A stretch of 26,253 nt of DNA, from positions 1-26,253 of the forward strand of contig JANMJC010000234.1 in NCBI GenBank assembly GCA_031371185.1, in the 5' to 3' direction. This stretch comes from Paracoccaceae bacterium (GTDB taxonomy: Bacteria > Pseudomonadota > Alphaproteobacteria > Rhodobacterales > Rhodobacteraceae). Positions 8,321 through 17,413 of the stretch are shown here, in pieces. Under the pieces are notes generated by a model. It searched no databases. It saw only the letters and a program-made list of their open reading frames with translations, and was not told the DNA's origin. A program made the position numbers and the translations under genes. Position 1 is the first letter of the stretch; every line of letters begins with the position of its first letter.

Positions 8321-9824
8321 ATGACACCAATCCTGCGCCTTCAGGCCATCAGCAAGTCCTTCCCCGGCGTGCGGGCGCTGACCGATGTCAGCCTCGACCT
8401 TCGCGCCGGCGAAGTGCATGCCGTCATGGGTGAAAACGGGGCGGGGAAATCCACCCTGATGAAGATCGCCGCCGGCATCCACCGCCCGGACGGTGGCCGG
8501 ATCGAGGTCGCCGGGCACGAGACTCGCCTTTCCAGCCCGGCCGATGCGACGGCACTGGGCGTTCTGACGGTGTTTCAGGAACTGACCGTCCTACCAAACC
8601 TGGACGTCGACGCGAACCTGATGATCGGGCGCGAGCCTTCACGCGCAGGCGGATGGTGGCTTGACCGTCCCGCGATGCGACGGCAGGCCCAGGCCGCGCT
8701 GGACGACCTTGGCATCCCGCTTCGCGCCGACACCCCGGCAAGCGCGCTGTCCGCCGGTCGGCGCCAGATGCTGGAAATCGCCCGCGCCGCTGCCCGCCGC
8801 CCGCGGGTTCTGGTGCTGGATGAACCGACCTCCAGCCTGGGCCGACAAGAGGAGGAAGTGCTTTTCGCCCCTCATCGTGCGGCTGAAGGCGGCCGGGGTG
8901 GGGATTCTGTACATCACACACCGGATGTCCGAGGTGTTCCGGCTGGCCGACCGCATCACTGTCTTGCGCGACGGCCGCCATGTGCTGACCGAGGACAGCG
9001 TCCGGTTGACCCGCAGCGACCTGATCCGCGCCATGGTGGGCCGCACGGTCGAAGAAAGCCACCCGCGCATGGACATCGGCACCCTGCCCGTCGCGCTGTC
9101 GGTCCGTGACCTTGCCCGCCTGCCTGCCGTGCGGGGGGTGTCACTGGATTTGCACGCGGGTGAAGTGCTGGGGGTGGCCGGGCTCATGGGCGCAGGGCGC
9201 AGCGAACTCGCGCGGCTGATCGCCGGGGCGGACCGTCCCACGGGCGGCACGATGACGCTTGACGGGCAGCCCTTTGCGCCGCGTGACGTGGCGGCGGCCA
9301 TCCGCGCGGGCGTGGTCTACCTGTCCGAGGACCGCAAGACCCTGGGCCTGCACCTGTCGTTGTCGGTGGCCGACAACATCACCCTGCCCGGCCTGTCTCG
9401 CCTGTCTCGCGCGGGAATGGTCGCGCCGCAGCGGCTGTCGGCGCTGGCGAAGGACTGGATGGCGCGTCGTGGCGTCAGGGCAGCCGCGCCCGATGTTGCG
9501 GTCGAGACGCTTTCCGGCGGCAACCAGCAGAAGGTCGCGCTGGCCAAATGGCTATCGCTTGACCCCAGGGTGATCCTGCTGGATGAGCCGACGCGCGGCG
9601 TCGACGTCGGCGCCAAGGCCGAGATCCATGGCCTGATCCGTCGCCTTGCCGCCGAAGGTGCCGCTGTTCTGGTCATTTCCTCCGAACTGCCCGAGGTTCT
9701 TGCCCTGTCCGACCGCATTGCGGTCATGGCGGGAGGTCGCCTGGCCCGGATCGTGCCGGCCCGGGGCGCGACTGAAGAGTCGCTCCTGACGCTCGCCTTT
9801 GCCGAAGACGGGGCCAGCCCATGA
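8321..9824 (+). pseudogene. Sugar ABC transporter ATP-binding protein (RbsA-like, two ABC domains), frameshifted
   Basis: GENGAGKST, LVLDEPT, LSGGNQQKV and LLDEPTRGVD are split over two frames. Removing one C from CCCC at 8868-8871 gives EEEVLFALIVRLK and a 500-aa protein. This could be a sequencing error. Confidence 0.85.
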
Positions 9825-10768
9825 CCGCACGTCGCACGGCCCACCTTCTTCGCGACCTGATGCCCTGGCTGGGGCTTCTGGCGCTGGTCCTCTTCTTTGC
9901 GTTTTCCAGCGAGTATTTCCTGAACCTGCGCAATTTCCAGCGCCTTGCGACCGACAGCGCCGCGCTGATGCTGGTGGCGTTCGGGATGACGCTGGTCATT
10001 CTGGTGGGCGAGATCGACCTCTCTGTCGGCGCGGTCGCATCCTTGCTGGCCGTGGTGCTGGCCCAGATCATGGCGCAGGGGGTGGACTGGCCGCTTGCTG
10101 TGCTTGCGGTCCTGGTCCTCGGGACACTGATCGGGTTGTTCAACGGGTTCGTCACTGTGATCGGGCAGATCCCGTCCTTCATCGTCACGCTGGGGGTGCT
10201 GGCGATCGCCACGGGGCTGGCCTACATCCTGACCGGCGCAATTTCGGTGGCGATCCTTGACGGCGCATTCCTTGACCTGTTCTATTCGGTCCGTTTCCTT
10301 GGCCTGCCGGTGCCGCTCTGGATTGTCGCGGGGTGTTTTCTTGCCTGTCTTGTCGGCCTGAGCCGCAGCGTCGCAGGGCGTGAGTTGTTCGCGGTTGGGG
10401 CAAACCCCGCGGCGGCGCGGCTTTCCGGGGTGCCGGTTGCGCGGCGCAAGATCATGGTCTTTGCCATCATGGGACTTCTGGTCGGACAGGCGGCCGTGCT
10501 GTCGGCGGCGCGGCTTGGGTCGGGCGCGCCCGATTCTAGCCCGACGCTGACGCTTGATGCCATCGCCGCCGTCATCATCGGTGGCGCCAGCCTGTTCGGC
10601 GGCCGGGCCAGCGTGACGCGCACCCTTTTGGGCGCCGCGCTGATCGCGGTCCTGAACAATGGCATGGTATTGTTGAACATCTCGGTTGACGCGCAGTTCA
10701 TCGTGAAGGGCCTGATCATCCTGCTTGCGGTCGTGCTTGAACGTCTCGCCTCGGGGAGGCGGGCATGA
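9821..10768 (+). CDS. Sugar ABC transporter permease (RbsC-like)
   Basis: 315-aa hydrophobic protein with EIDLSVG, IPSFIVTLG, GANPAAARLSGV and LDAIAAVIIGGASLFGG. Confidence 0.92.
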   Translation: MTARRTAHLLRDLMPWLGLLALVLFFAFSSEYFLNLRNFQRLATDSAALMLVAFGMTLVILVGEIDLSVGAVASLLAVVLAQIMAQGVDWPLAVLAVLVLGTLIGLFNGFVTVIGQIPSFIVTLGVLAIATGLAYILTGAISVAILDGAFLDLFYSVRFLGLPVPLWIVAGCFLACLVGLSRSVAGRELFAVGANPAAARLSGVPVARRKIMVFAIMGLLVGQAAVLSAARLGSGAPDSSPTLTLDAIAAVIIGGASLFGGRASVTRTLLGAALIAVLNNGMVLLNISVDAQFIVKGLIILLAVVLERLASGRRA

Positions 10769-11704
10769 TCCAACGGCTGCGCCTGGCCGACAACGGCATC
10801 TATCTTGCCTTTGCGCTGGTCGTGCTGGCGCTGATGCTTCTGTCGCCGGCCTTTCGCGCGCCCGAGAACCTGGCGAACATCGGCCGGCAGATCGCGGTGC
10901 TGGGGATCGCGTCCTTTGCGATGACCTTCATCATCCTGGCTGCCGAGATCGACCTGTCGGTCGGTGCCGTCGCCAGTGCTGCCGGAGTGGTGGGCGCACT
11001 GGCGCTGGCGGCAGGCTGGGGGATCTGGGCGGTTCCGGTCGGGCTGGCGGTCGGTCGGGGCGGCCTTCGGCCTGATGAACGGGCTTCTGACGGTGCATGC
11101 CGGCGTGCCCTCGTTCATCGCAACGCTGGTGTCCTTCTTCATCGCCCAAGGCGTCGGGCTGACGTTGACGGGCGGGCAGACCATCCTGTTTGACGCCGAA
11201 ACCTTCCGCGCCGCCTTTGCCACCGGCGAGGTCGCGGGACTGCGGTCGGCGGTGGTCTGGCTGGTTGCCGTGTTTGCCGCCGCGTGGTGGCTATTGCACC
11301 GGACCCGGTTTGGCGCGCATGTTTTTGCGATGGGCGGCAGTCAGGCGCAGGCGCGCATGCTCGGCCTGCCGGTCGACCGGATGAAGATACTCATATTTAC
11401 CGGGGCAGGAGCGCTGATGGGCATGGTCGGGCTGATCCTGATCGCCCGGATCGGCAACGCCCGCGCCGATGGGGCCATCGGGCTGGAGTTCGACGCCATC
11501 GCCGCCGTGGTGATCGGCGGCACTGCGCTGGGCGGCGGCACCGGCAGCATGATGCGCACGATGGTCGGCGTTCTTTTCATCGGCGTCCTGAACAACGGGC
11601 TGGCGATCCTGAACGTCGATTTCAACAGCCAGCAGGTGATCAAGGGCGTGCTGGTGATCGCGGTCGTCCTGATCGACCGCTGGATCCGGGGAGGCGCGCG
11701 ATGA
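10765..11704 (+). pseudogene. Second sugar ABC permease, frameshifted by a 4-bp duplication
   Basis: GGTC is duplicated at 11049-11056. Removing one copy gives GLAVGAAFGLMNG and a 311-aa permease with EIDLSVG, VPSFIATL and FDAIAAVVIGG. Confidence 0.85.
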
Positions 11705-12573
11705 CCCTGACGACCGGCCCGCTGAAGCGTCTGGCCACTGGCCTTGGCTTTACCGAAGGGCCGTGCTGGCTGGCGGACCACCAGATGCTTCTGTTCACCG
11801 ATATCCCGGCAAACATGATCCTGTGCTGGTCCGAAACGGCGGGCCTGCGGCCCTGGGCCACAAACGCGCATTTCGCGATCGGGCTCGCCCGGGCCCGCGA
11901 CAGCCGGGTGCTGGCCTGCGAGCATTCGACCCGCAGCCTTGCCGCCTGGACGCTGGATGCGCGGGGCTTGCCCGCGTCGCGTCAGGTCTTGGCGCGCGGC
12001 TGGCGGGGGCAGGTGCTCAATTCGACCAATGACGTGATCTGCGCCCGGGACGGCACGATCCTTTTTACCGACCCGCCCTTTGGCGTCAGGGCGGAAGGCG
12101 GGCAGCTTTACGGCTACCAGCAGGCGATGGAATTGCCCTTCTGCGGCGTCTTTCGCGTCGGTATCGATGCGGACAGCCTGGTGCCGATGGTCACCGACAT
12201 CTACCGGCCGAACGGGCTGTGCCTGTCGCCGGATGAAGGGGTGCTGTACGTCTCGGATTCGTCGGACCGGCATCACAAGGTCCTGGCGATGGATCTGGGT
12301 CCGGACTTGACGCCCGGCCCGCTGCGCGATTTTGCGGTCATGCCGGTCGGGGTGCCCGACGGGATGCGGGTGGATGCGGCGGGCAACCTTTGGATCGCGG
12401 GCGGCGACGGGGTGCATGTCCACGCGCCCGACGGTCGCGCGATCGGCCATGTGCCCGTGCCCGAGATGGTCACCAACATCGACTTCGGCGGGCCGGACCT
12501 GAGCCAGTTGTACATCACCGCGGTGTCATCTTTGTACCGGGCCCAAACCACCACGCGCTGCGGCCGCGCCTGA
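11701..12573 (+). CDS. SMP-30/gluconolactonase/LRE family lactonase
   Basis: 290 aa with GFTEGPCW, LNSTND, RPNGLCLSPD and VPDGMRVDAAGNLW; the metal-binding E/N/N/D residues are intact. ATG overlaps the upstream stop. Confidence 0.9.
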   Translation: MTLTTGPLKRLATGLGFTEGPCWLADHQMLLFTDIPANMILCWSETAGLRPWATNAHFAIGLARARDSRVLACEHSTRSLAAWTLDARGLPASRQVLARGWRGQVLNSTNDVICARDGTILFTDPPFGVRAEGGQLYGYQQAMELPFCGVFRVGIDADSLVPMVTDIYRPNGLCLSPDEGVLYVSDSSDRHHKVLAMDLGPDLTPGPLRDFAVMPVGVPDGMRVDAAGNLWIAGGDGVHVHAPDGRAIGHVPVPEMVTNIDFGGPDLSQLYITAVSSLYRAQTTTRCGRA

Positions 12574-14641
12574 CGGCCTTACCCAAGCGCCGGGAAAACG
12601 GCGGCAAATCCGCGGCTGCGCTGTCGCGGACAAAGACCGGGCATTCACCCCAGGGACAGTCCACCGTCGCCTCGCCCTCACACCGGGCGCCGGACCAGAC
12701 ATGGCGCCAGACCTCGCCCTTCGGCAGGCTGACCGTCATCCGCGACAGGCCGGGGTCAAGCACCGGCGCAACCATGAGATCCGGGCCAAGCATGTAGGCC
12801 CGCCCCTCGCCATGAAGCGCAGGGTCGGCGAAATGGTAGAACAGCGGCGCCATCACCGGATCGCCGGTCAGGGCATATTGCGCGAAGACCCGTTCCAGAT
12901 AGGGGCGCAATCCCTCGCGCACCGCCAAAAGGCGGGTCAGGACCGCCTCGACCTCGGGGCCATAGGACCAGACCTCGTTCGGCCCGCCGGTGTTGGTGAA
13001 GATCTTGAACGTTTCCTGCCCGTAGGTGACCTGATCTTCCGCGTTCGGGATCGGCACGCCGTCCGGCACGCGGAACCCGTGCAGCCGGCAGATCGGCGAG
13101 AAGACCCCGAACTCGAACCAGCGCACCAGCAATTCACGGAAGGCGGGGCTGCCACCATGGCCGTCGTAGAAACCGCCGATGTCGGTCGTCCACCACCCCA
13201 TCCCGGCCATGCCCGAATGCAGGCCGGCGGGGATCTGCGCGCGGAACCAGTCCCAGTCCGACCAGACGTCGCCCGACCACAGGATCACCCCATGCCGCTG
13301 CGACCCGGCCCAGGCCGACCGGCACAAAAGCACTCCGTCACGCCCGGCCGCCCGCAGCCCTTCGCGGTAGCGCTGTTCGTGCAGCAGGGGATAGGCGCAC
13401 AGCATCTCGGCCCCGTTGCCAAGCGCGGTACGGACGTGTTCGGGATGGGTCGGGCGCATCTCGGGCTCGCAAGCGTCCAGCCAGAAATGGTCGAAGCCCT
13501 GCGCCACATAGTTGCGCGCGATGCAGTCCCAGTGGAAATCCCGCGCCTTGGGATTGAAGGCGTCGTAATAGGTGAAGAACCCCGGCCCGAACGGGTCCTT
13601 GTCGGGAAAGGGAATGACCACGGGCACCCCGCGTTCGGCGGTCAGAAGAAGCCCCTCTTCGGTCATCGCCTTGTAGTTTTCGGAGCTTGCCGAGACGGTG
13701 GGCCAGACCGACACCATCACTTCGACCCCCATCTCGCGCAACTCGCGGACAAGGCCGGAGGGGTCGGGCCATTCGCCGGGGTGGAACTTCCACTCGCCCT
13801 GCCGGGTCCAGTGGAAGAAGTCGATCACGATGCAGGACAGGGGCAGCTCGCGGCGGTGATACTCCCGCGCGACCTCCAGCAACTCGGCCTGGTTGCGGTA
13901 GCGCAGCTTGCACTGCCAGAACCCCAGTGCCCAGTCGGGGATCGCCGGCGAATGCCCGGTGGCATCGGCATAGGCCCGCACGATCGCGGAAGGGCTGTCG
14001 CCGGCGACGATCCAGTAGTCCAGCCCGCCGGTCGCGTCGGCCGTCCAGCGGGTGATGTTGGTGGCAAATTCGGCCCTGCCCGTGGCAGGATTGTTCCACA
14101 AGAACCCATAGCCGCGCGAAGAGACCACAAAGGGGATCACCACATGCGCGTTCTGCTGCATCAGCGTGGTCGATGTGCCTTTCAGGTCCATCCGCCCGTG
14201 CTGCGGCTGGCCCAGACCCCACAGCGCCTCGCCCTCTGCGGCGGCGAAATGCGCCTCCAGCCGCCACGATCCGCTGGCCAGAGCCTTGAAGTTGCGGGTC
14301 TTCGGGCCTGCGAAATGGGGCCGCGTCTCGGCCAGAAGCTCCGCGCCCGTATCGGCCCGGACGTGGCGCAGGATCACCTCGCGCTTGACGTCGGCGCCGT
14401 AACGTTCCTTGATCCGCGCCTCGGTGCGAATGCGGCCGTGGGTGATGCTGGCCCGATCACCGTCGATCACCACCTGACCGCGCGCGGGCGCGACCGGCAG
14501 CAGCGCATCGACATGCGGCACGGCCAGCGTCAGCCCCGGCCTGCTGCGCACCCGCAGGCCATCGGCCCCCCAGGGCTCCACGCGCCCCACCTCGCCCCCG
14601 AAGCACCAGACCAAGGCGCCGCCGTCATCCTGAAACGTCAT
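12515..14641 (-). CDS. Glycoside hydrolase family 31, alpha-xylosidase/alpha-glucosidase-like
   Basis: 708 aa with GFWQCKLRY, IVIDFFHW, nucleophile WLDACEPE, WSGDV, acid/base WTTDIGGF and RLHG. No signal peptide, so probably cytoplasmic. Confidence 0.9.
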   Translation of the reverse strand: MTFQDDGGALVWCFGGEVGRVEPWGADGLRVRSRPGLTLAVPHVDALLPVAPARGQVVIDGDRASITHGRIRTEARIKERYGADVKREVILRHVRADTGAELLAETRPHFAGPKTRNFKALASGSWRLEAHFAAAEGEALWGLGQPQHGRMDLKGTSTTLMQQNAHVVIPFVVSSRGYGFLWNNPATGRAEFATNITRWTADATGGLDYWIVAGDSPSAIVRAYADATGHSPAIPDWALGFWQCKLRYRNQAELLEVAREYHRRELPLSCIVIDFFHWTRQGEWKFHPGEWPDPSGLVRELREMGVEVMVSVWPTVSASSENYKAMTEEGLLLTAERGVPVVIPFPDKDPFGPGFFTYYDAFNPKARDFHWDCIARNYVAQGFDHFWLDACEPEMRPTHPEHVRTALGNGAEMLCAYPLLHEQRYREGLRAAGRDGVLLCRSAWAGSQRHGVILWSGDVWSDWDWFRAQIPAGLHSGMAGMGWWTTDIGGFYDGHGGSPAFRELLVRWFEFGVFSPICRLHGFRVPDGVPIPNAEDQVTYGQETFKIFTNTGGPNEVWSYGPEVEAVLTRLLAVREGLRPYLERVFAQYALTGDPVMAPLFYHFADPALHGEGRAYMLGPDLMVAPVLDPGLSRMTVSLPKGEVWRHVWSGARCEGEATVDCPWGECPVFVRDSAAADLPPFSRRLGKAVRRGRSAWWFGPGTKMTPR

Positions 14642-14644
14642 CTG

Positions 14645-15400
14645 TCACCCGATGGAAAGATAGCCGCCGTCCAGAATGACGGCCGTGCCCGACATGTAAT
14701 CCGCCTCGTCCGAGGCGACGAAGGCCACCAGCGCCGCCACCTCTTCGGGTGCGGCGGCGCGGGCTGCAGGGATGGCGGCGATCACGCCTGCCATCACGTC
14801 GTCCGATATGCCCTTGATCGCCTCGGTCGCGACAAGGCCCGGCGCGATGGCGACCGCGCGGATCAGGGGCGCGTGATCCACGGCAAGCGAGCGGGTCAGC
14901 GCCAGCACCGCGCCCTTTGTCGCCTGATAGGCGGAAAAGCCACGCTCGCCGACAAAGCTTTGCACAGAGGCAGTGTTGACGATCACCCCCGCCCCGCCCT
15001 GCGCGCGCATCTGTTCGACCGCCACCTTCGCGCCCATCCAGTAGCCACGGATGCCGACGGCGGTGATGCGGTCGAATTCGTCCAGAGTCTGCTCGTGGAT
15101 CGGCTTGAAGACGGCCGAAAAGGCATTGTTGTGCCAGATGTCGATGCGGCCGAACCGGTCCACCGTCGCGCGCGCCAGAGCCTGCACAGCCTCAGGGTCA
15201 GCCATGTCGGTCCGGCGGAAGGCGCAACCGAGGGCCTCGGCCACCGCCGCGCCCCTGGGGTCGATGTCGGCTAGCATCACGCTTGCGCCTTCAGCCGCCA
15301 TCCGTGCGGCGCAGGCGAGACCGATGCCTTGCGCCCCGCCGGTCACGACGTAGACCCGCCCCGCGTGGCGACCCGGCACCGGGAACAACCGGGCGGTCAT
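14645..15400 (-). CDS. Short-chain dehydrogenase/reductase (classical SDR)
   Basis: 251 aa with TGGAQGIG, LADID (NAD-type acidic residue), NNAF, NTAS, YQATK and IAPG. Confidence 0.92.
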   Translation of the reverse strand: MTARLFPVPGRHAGRVYVVTGGAQGIGLACAARMAAEGASVMLADIDPRGAAVAEALGCAFRRTDMADPEAVQALARATVDRFGRIDIWHNNAFSAVFKPIHEQTLDEFDRITAVGIRGYWMGAKVAVEQMRAQGGAGVIVNTASVQSFVGERGFSAYQATKGAVLALTRSLAVDHAPLIRAVAIAPGLVATEAIKGISDDVMAGVIAAIPAARAAAPEEVAALVAFVASDEADYMSGTAVILDGGYLSIG

Positions 15401-15723
15401 GCGGCCCCCGGCAGGATCACATGTTCCTCGGTCACCAGAAACTCCAGCCCGGCGGCAAAAGCGGCGACATCCGTTCCGGCCTGCAGTCCTTCTGGCGATG
15501 CCAGACCAGCCTCCATCGCGGTGCGGCTGTCGAACCAGATCTCGGCGGATCCGTCATAGGGGGCTGCGGTCAAGGTGCCGGGGTCGCCTGCAATGTTGAT
15601 CCGGTACCCCCGCATCCCCGGAATCGCCGCGGCTAGCGGCGCGTGAACGCCCAGCCAGTAGGCCGCGAACTCTGCTTCCGACATCTCCGCGTGCTTGCGC
15701 ACCAGGACCACCAGCTTGATCAT
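15397..15723 (-). CDS. EthD family (dimeric alpha-beta barrel) protein
   Basis: 108 aa: MIKLVVLVRKHAEMSEAEFAAYWLGVHAPL...PYDGSAEIWFDS...SPEG...D...F, the typical EthD pattern. Confidence 0.85.
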   Translation of the reverse strand: MIKLVVLVRKHAEMSEAEFAAYWLGVHAPLAAAIPGMRGYRINIAGDPGTLTAAPYDGSAEIWFDSRTAMEAGLASPEGLQAGTDVAAFAAGLEFLVTEEHVILPGAA

Positions 15724-15787
15724 TCCGTTCCCGCGTGAAGGCGTTCGGTCATGCCGCGAACTCAAGACGATTCAGGCGTGGACGTCA

Positions 15788-15803
15788 ATACAAACGTTTG
15801 TAT
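15788..15803. promoter_or_regulatory. LacI-family operator, copy 2, in the divergent ethD/lacI promoter
   Basis: ATACAAACGTTTGTAT, identical to 7184-7199. It lies 64 bp from the ethD start and 69 bp from the lacI start. Confidence 0.85.
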
Positions 15804-15872
15804 GCAGCAGCACGGAGTGGTTGCACGAGGGGCAGGCACGGCTATTGTGGCGAACGGACAAGAGGAGCGGCA

Positions 15873-16889
15873 ATGGCGGTTCGCATCGGGCTGAAGCACC
15901 TGGCAGAGCGTCTGGGGATGGACGTGTCCACCGTCAGCCGGGCGTTGCGCTTGGATCCGAGGGTGCGCCCTGAGACCACCGCTGCCGTGCAGGCGCTGGC
16001 GGCCGAACTTGGCTATCGGCCCAACGTCGCCGCACGGGTCCTGCGCGGGGGGCGGACCGGCCGGGTTGCGGTCCTGCTGTCGCCGCCGCAACAGCGCTTT
16101 GCCAGCCCGATCTTCCTTGAACTCCTCGCCACGCTGGACCAGCGCCTGCGCAACACCGGGCGTACGCTGGCCGTGTTCGCCGCCCAGACGCGAGAGGACG
16201 AGCCAGCCATCATCCGCTCGGTCGTCGAGGATCGCCTGGCCGACGCCATCATCATCGGCCGAACCCGGCAGGCGGACGGTCGGGTCAAGTATCTTCTTGA
16301 TGCAGGCTTTCCCTTCGTCACCTTCGGCCGCACCGACTGGCCTGACCAGCACCCCTGGGTCGAGATCGACTATGCCCGTGCGGGGGAAATCGCGATCGAC
16401 GCACTGGCTGGCTCCGATCCCGCTGCGATCCATGTCCTTTCTGCGCCGCAGGGTCTGCGCTTTGCCGACAACTATGTCAGCGGTGCGCTGGCGCAGATCG
16501 CGGCACTGGGCCTGCCCCACCCAACGATACACCGGATCGAGATGACCGAGGCGATGGGCGAAGCGACGGCAGGCCACATTCTTGCACAAGCCGGTCGGAC
16601 GGCAATCGCCTGCGTGCAGGATTCGTTGGCATTCGGGGTCTATCGGGCCGCTGCAAGCGCGTCGGAACCGCTTGGCCGCCGTGTGTCGATCTTTGGCGGC
16701 CAAAACTTTCCCGGCGCCGAGCATACGGCGCCCCCGCTCTCGACATTCTCGACCGAGGATGCCCGCGTTGCGGACCTGTTGTCGACGGTGATGCTTGACC
16801 GGCTGGACGGTGATGGAACGGCGGCCCCGAATTCGCACGTCATTCAGCCCGTCGGTCTGTTGCGCACGTCGCACCTGATCTCCGGCTGA
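15873..16889 (+). CDS. LacI family transcriptional regulator
   Basis: 338 aa. RBS AGAGGAG, HTH LKHLAERLGMDVSTVSRAL, hinge LGYRPNVAARVL and a periplasmic-binding-fold sensor domain (PFVTFGR, APPLSTF). Confidence 0.93.
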   Translation: MAVRIGLKHLAERLGMDVSTVSRALRLDPRVRPETTAAVQALAAELGYRPNVAARVLRGGRTGRVAVLLSPPQQRFASPIFLELLATLDQRLRNTGRTLAVFAAQTREDEPAIIRSVVEDRLADAIIIGRTRQADGRVKYLLDAGFPFVTFGRTDWPDQHPWVEIDYARAGEIAIDALAGSDPAAIHVLSAPQGLRFADNYVSGALAQIAALGLPHPTIHRIEMTEAMGEATAGHILAQAGRTAIACVQDSLAFGVYRAAASASEPLGRRVSIFGGQNFPGAEHTAPPLSTFSTEDARVADLLSTVMLDRLDGDGTAAPNSHVIQPVGLLRTSHLISG

Positions 16890-16899
16890 AGATTGCCCA

Positions 16900-17080
16900 G
16901 CCCGGGCGTGCCCCGGACCGATCCCGTGCCCCCGGTCAAAGCGTGCCCCCACCGACGACCAAGGCGGTGGCAAAGCGCTTCCGCCCGACGCCCTCGATCG
17001 GCTGGCCCCCGAACTGCGCCGGCAAGATGACGCCCGCCCTGCCCGCGCAGGCGCCCGAGATCAGACAGACACAGATCGGC
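16900..17080 (-). pseudogene. Short C-terminal remnant of another sugar ABC permease
   Basis: Reads VCLISGACAGRAGVILPAQFGGQPIEGVG...VVGGGTL, then after a 1-nt shift TGGTGSV. This resembles the permease segment ISGxxAGLAGVILAxQFGxGQPxEGVGxELxAIAxVVVGGTLLTGGxGS. Confidence 0.55.
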
Positions 17081-17104
17081 GGCCGAGTTCATCGCGATCA
17101 CGAT

Positions 17105-17225
17105 CACAGTTGAAGACCTAGCGGTTCTGGTCTTGTGCGATACGGCCTGCCACGCCGGGCTCGGTCTGACCGGGCAGCCAGATACAGGCGAAGGCTTGGT
17201 TGCGCTGCGCGAGATCAGAAGTCAT
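17105..17225 (-). pseudogene. N-terminal remnant of a HipA-family toxin
   Basis: Not in the ORF track. MTSDLAQRNQAFACIWLPGQTEPGVAGRIAQDQNR*VFN resembles the MTS...FVWIWLPGxTEPVVAGR...xxFNYG start of alphaproteobacterial HipA-like toxins. TAG at 17120-17118, and the gene is cut off shortly afterwards. Confidence 0.65.
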
Positions 17226-17275
17226 CGTTAACCTTCGGACTCGCATTTTGCTTCGTCACCAGCAGAAATTCCGCG
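17215..17275 (-). pseudogene. 3' tail of the cognate XRE/HipB-like antitoxin gene
   Basis: Reads ...LLVTKQNASPKVNDDF*, with its end overlapping the toxin start by 11 nt (ATGACTTCTGA). The DDF*/MTS junction is as I recall it from such pairs. The HTH part is not recognisable. Confidence 0.5.
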
Positions 17276-17364
17276 GGATTGGTTGACCGATGGACCGAGC
17301 GGAAACGACCCTTTTTGGCCCCCCCGGGCGGTCGGGCATGGCCCTTTCGTGGGGCGGGTGGAAA

Positions 17365-17400
17365 GGCAAAAGGGAAAGGCGGCTTGCTGAAGGCCCGCCT
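17365..17400 (-). terminator. Probable intrinsic terminator after the DUF1612-like gene
   Basis: On the minus strand, AGGCGG...CCGCCT forms a stem followed by TTCCCTTTT, 14 nt after the stop. Confidence 0.45.
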
Positions 17401-17413
17401 CGCAGCAGATCCT

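Noticed and set aside
8860-8880. Programmed ribosomal frameshift in the ABC ATPase
   Set aside because: There is no canonical slippery heptamer or stimulator, and no precedent that I know of in RbsA-type ATPases. A mutation or sequencing error is simpler.
12515-14641. GH31 as a sulfoquinovosidase (YihQ)
   Set aside because: The nucleophile motif is WLDACEPE rather than the WMADFGE type, and no other sulfoglycolysis genes are present.
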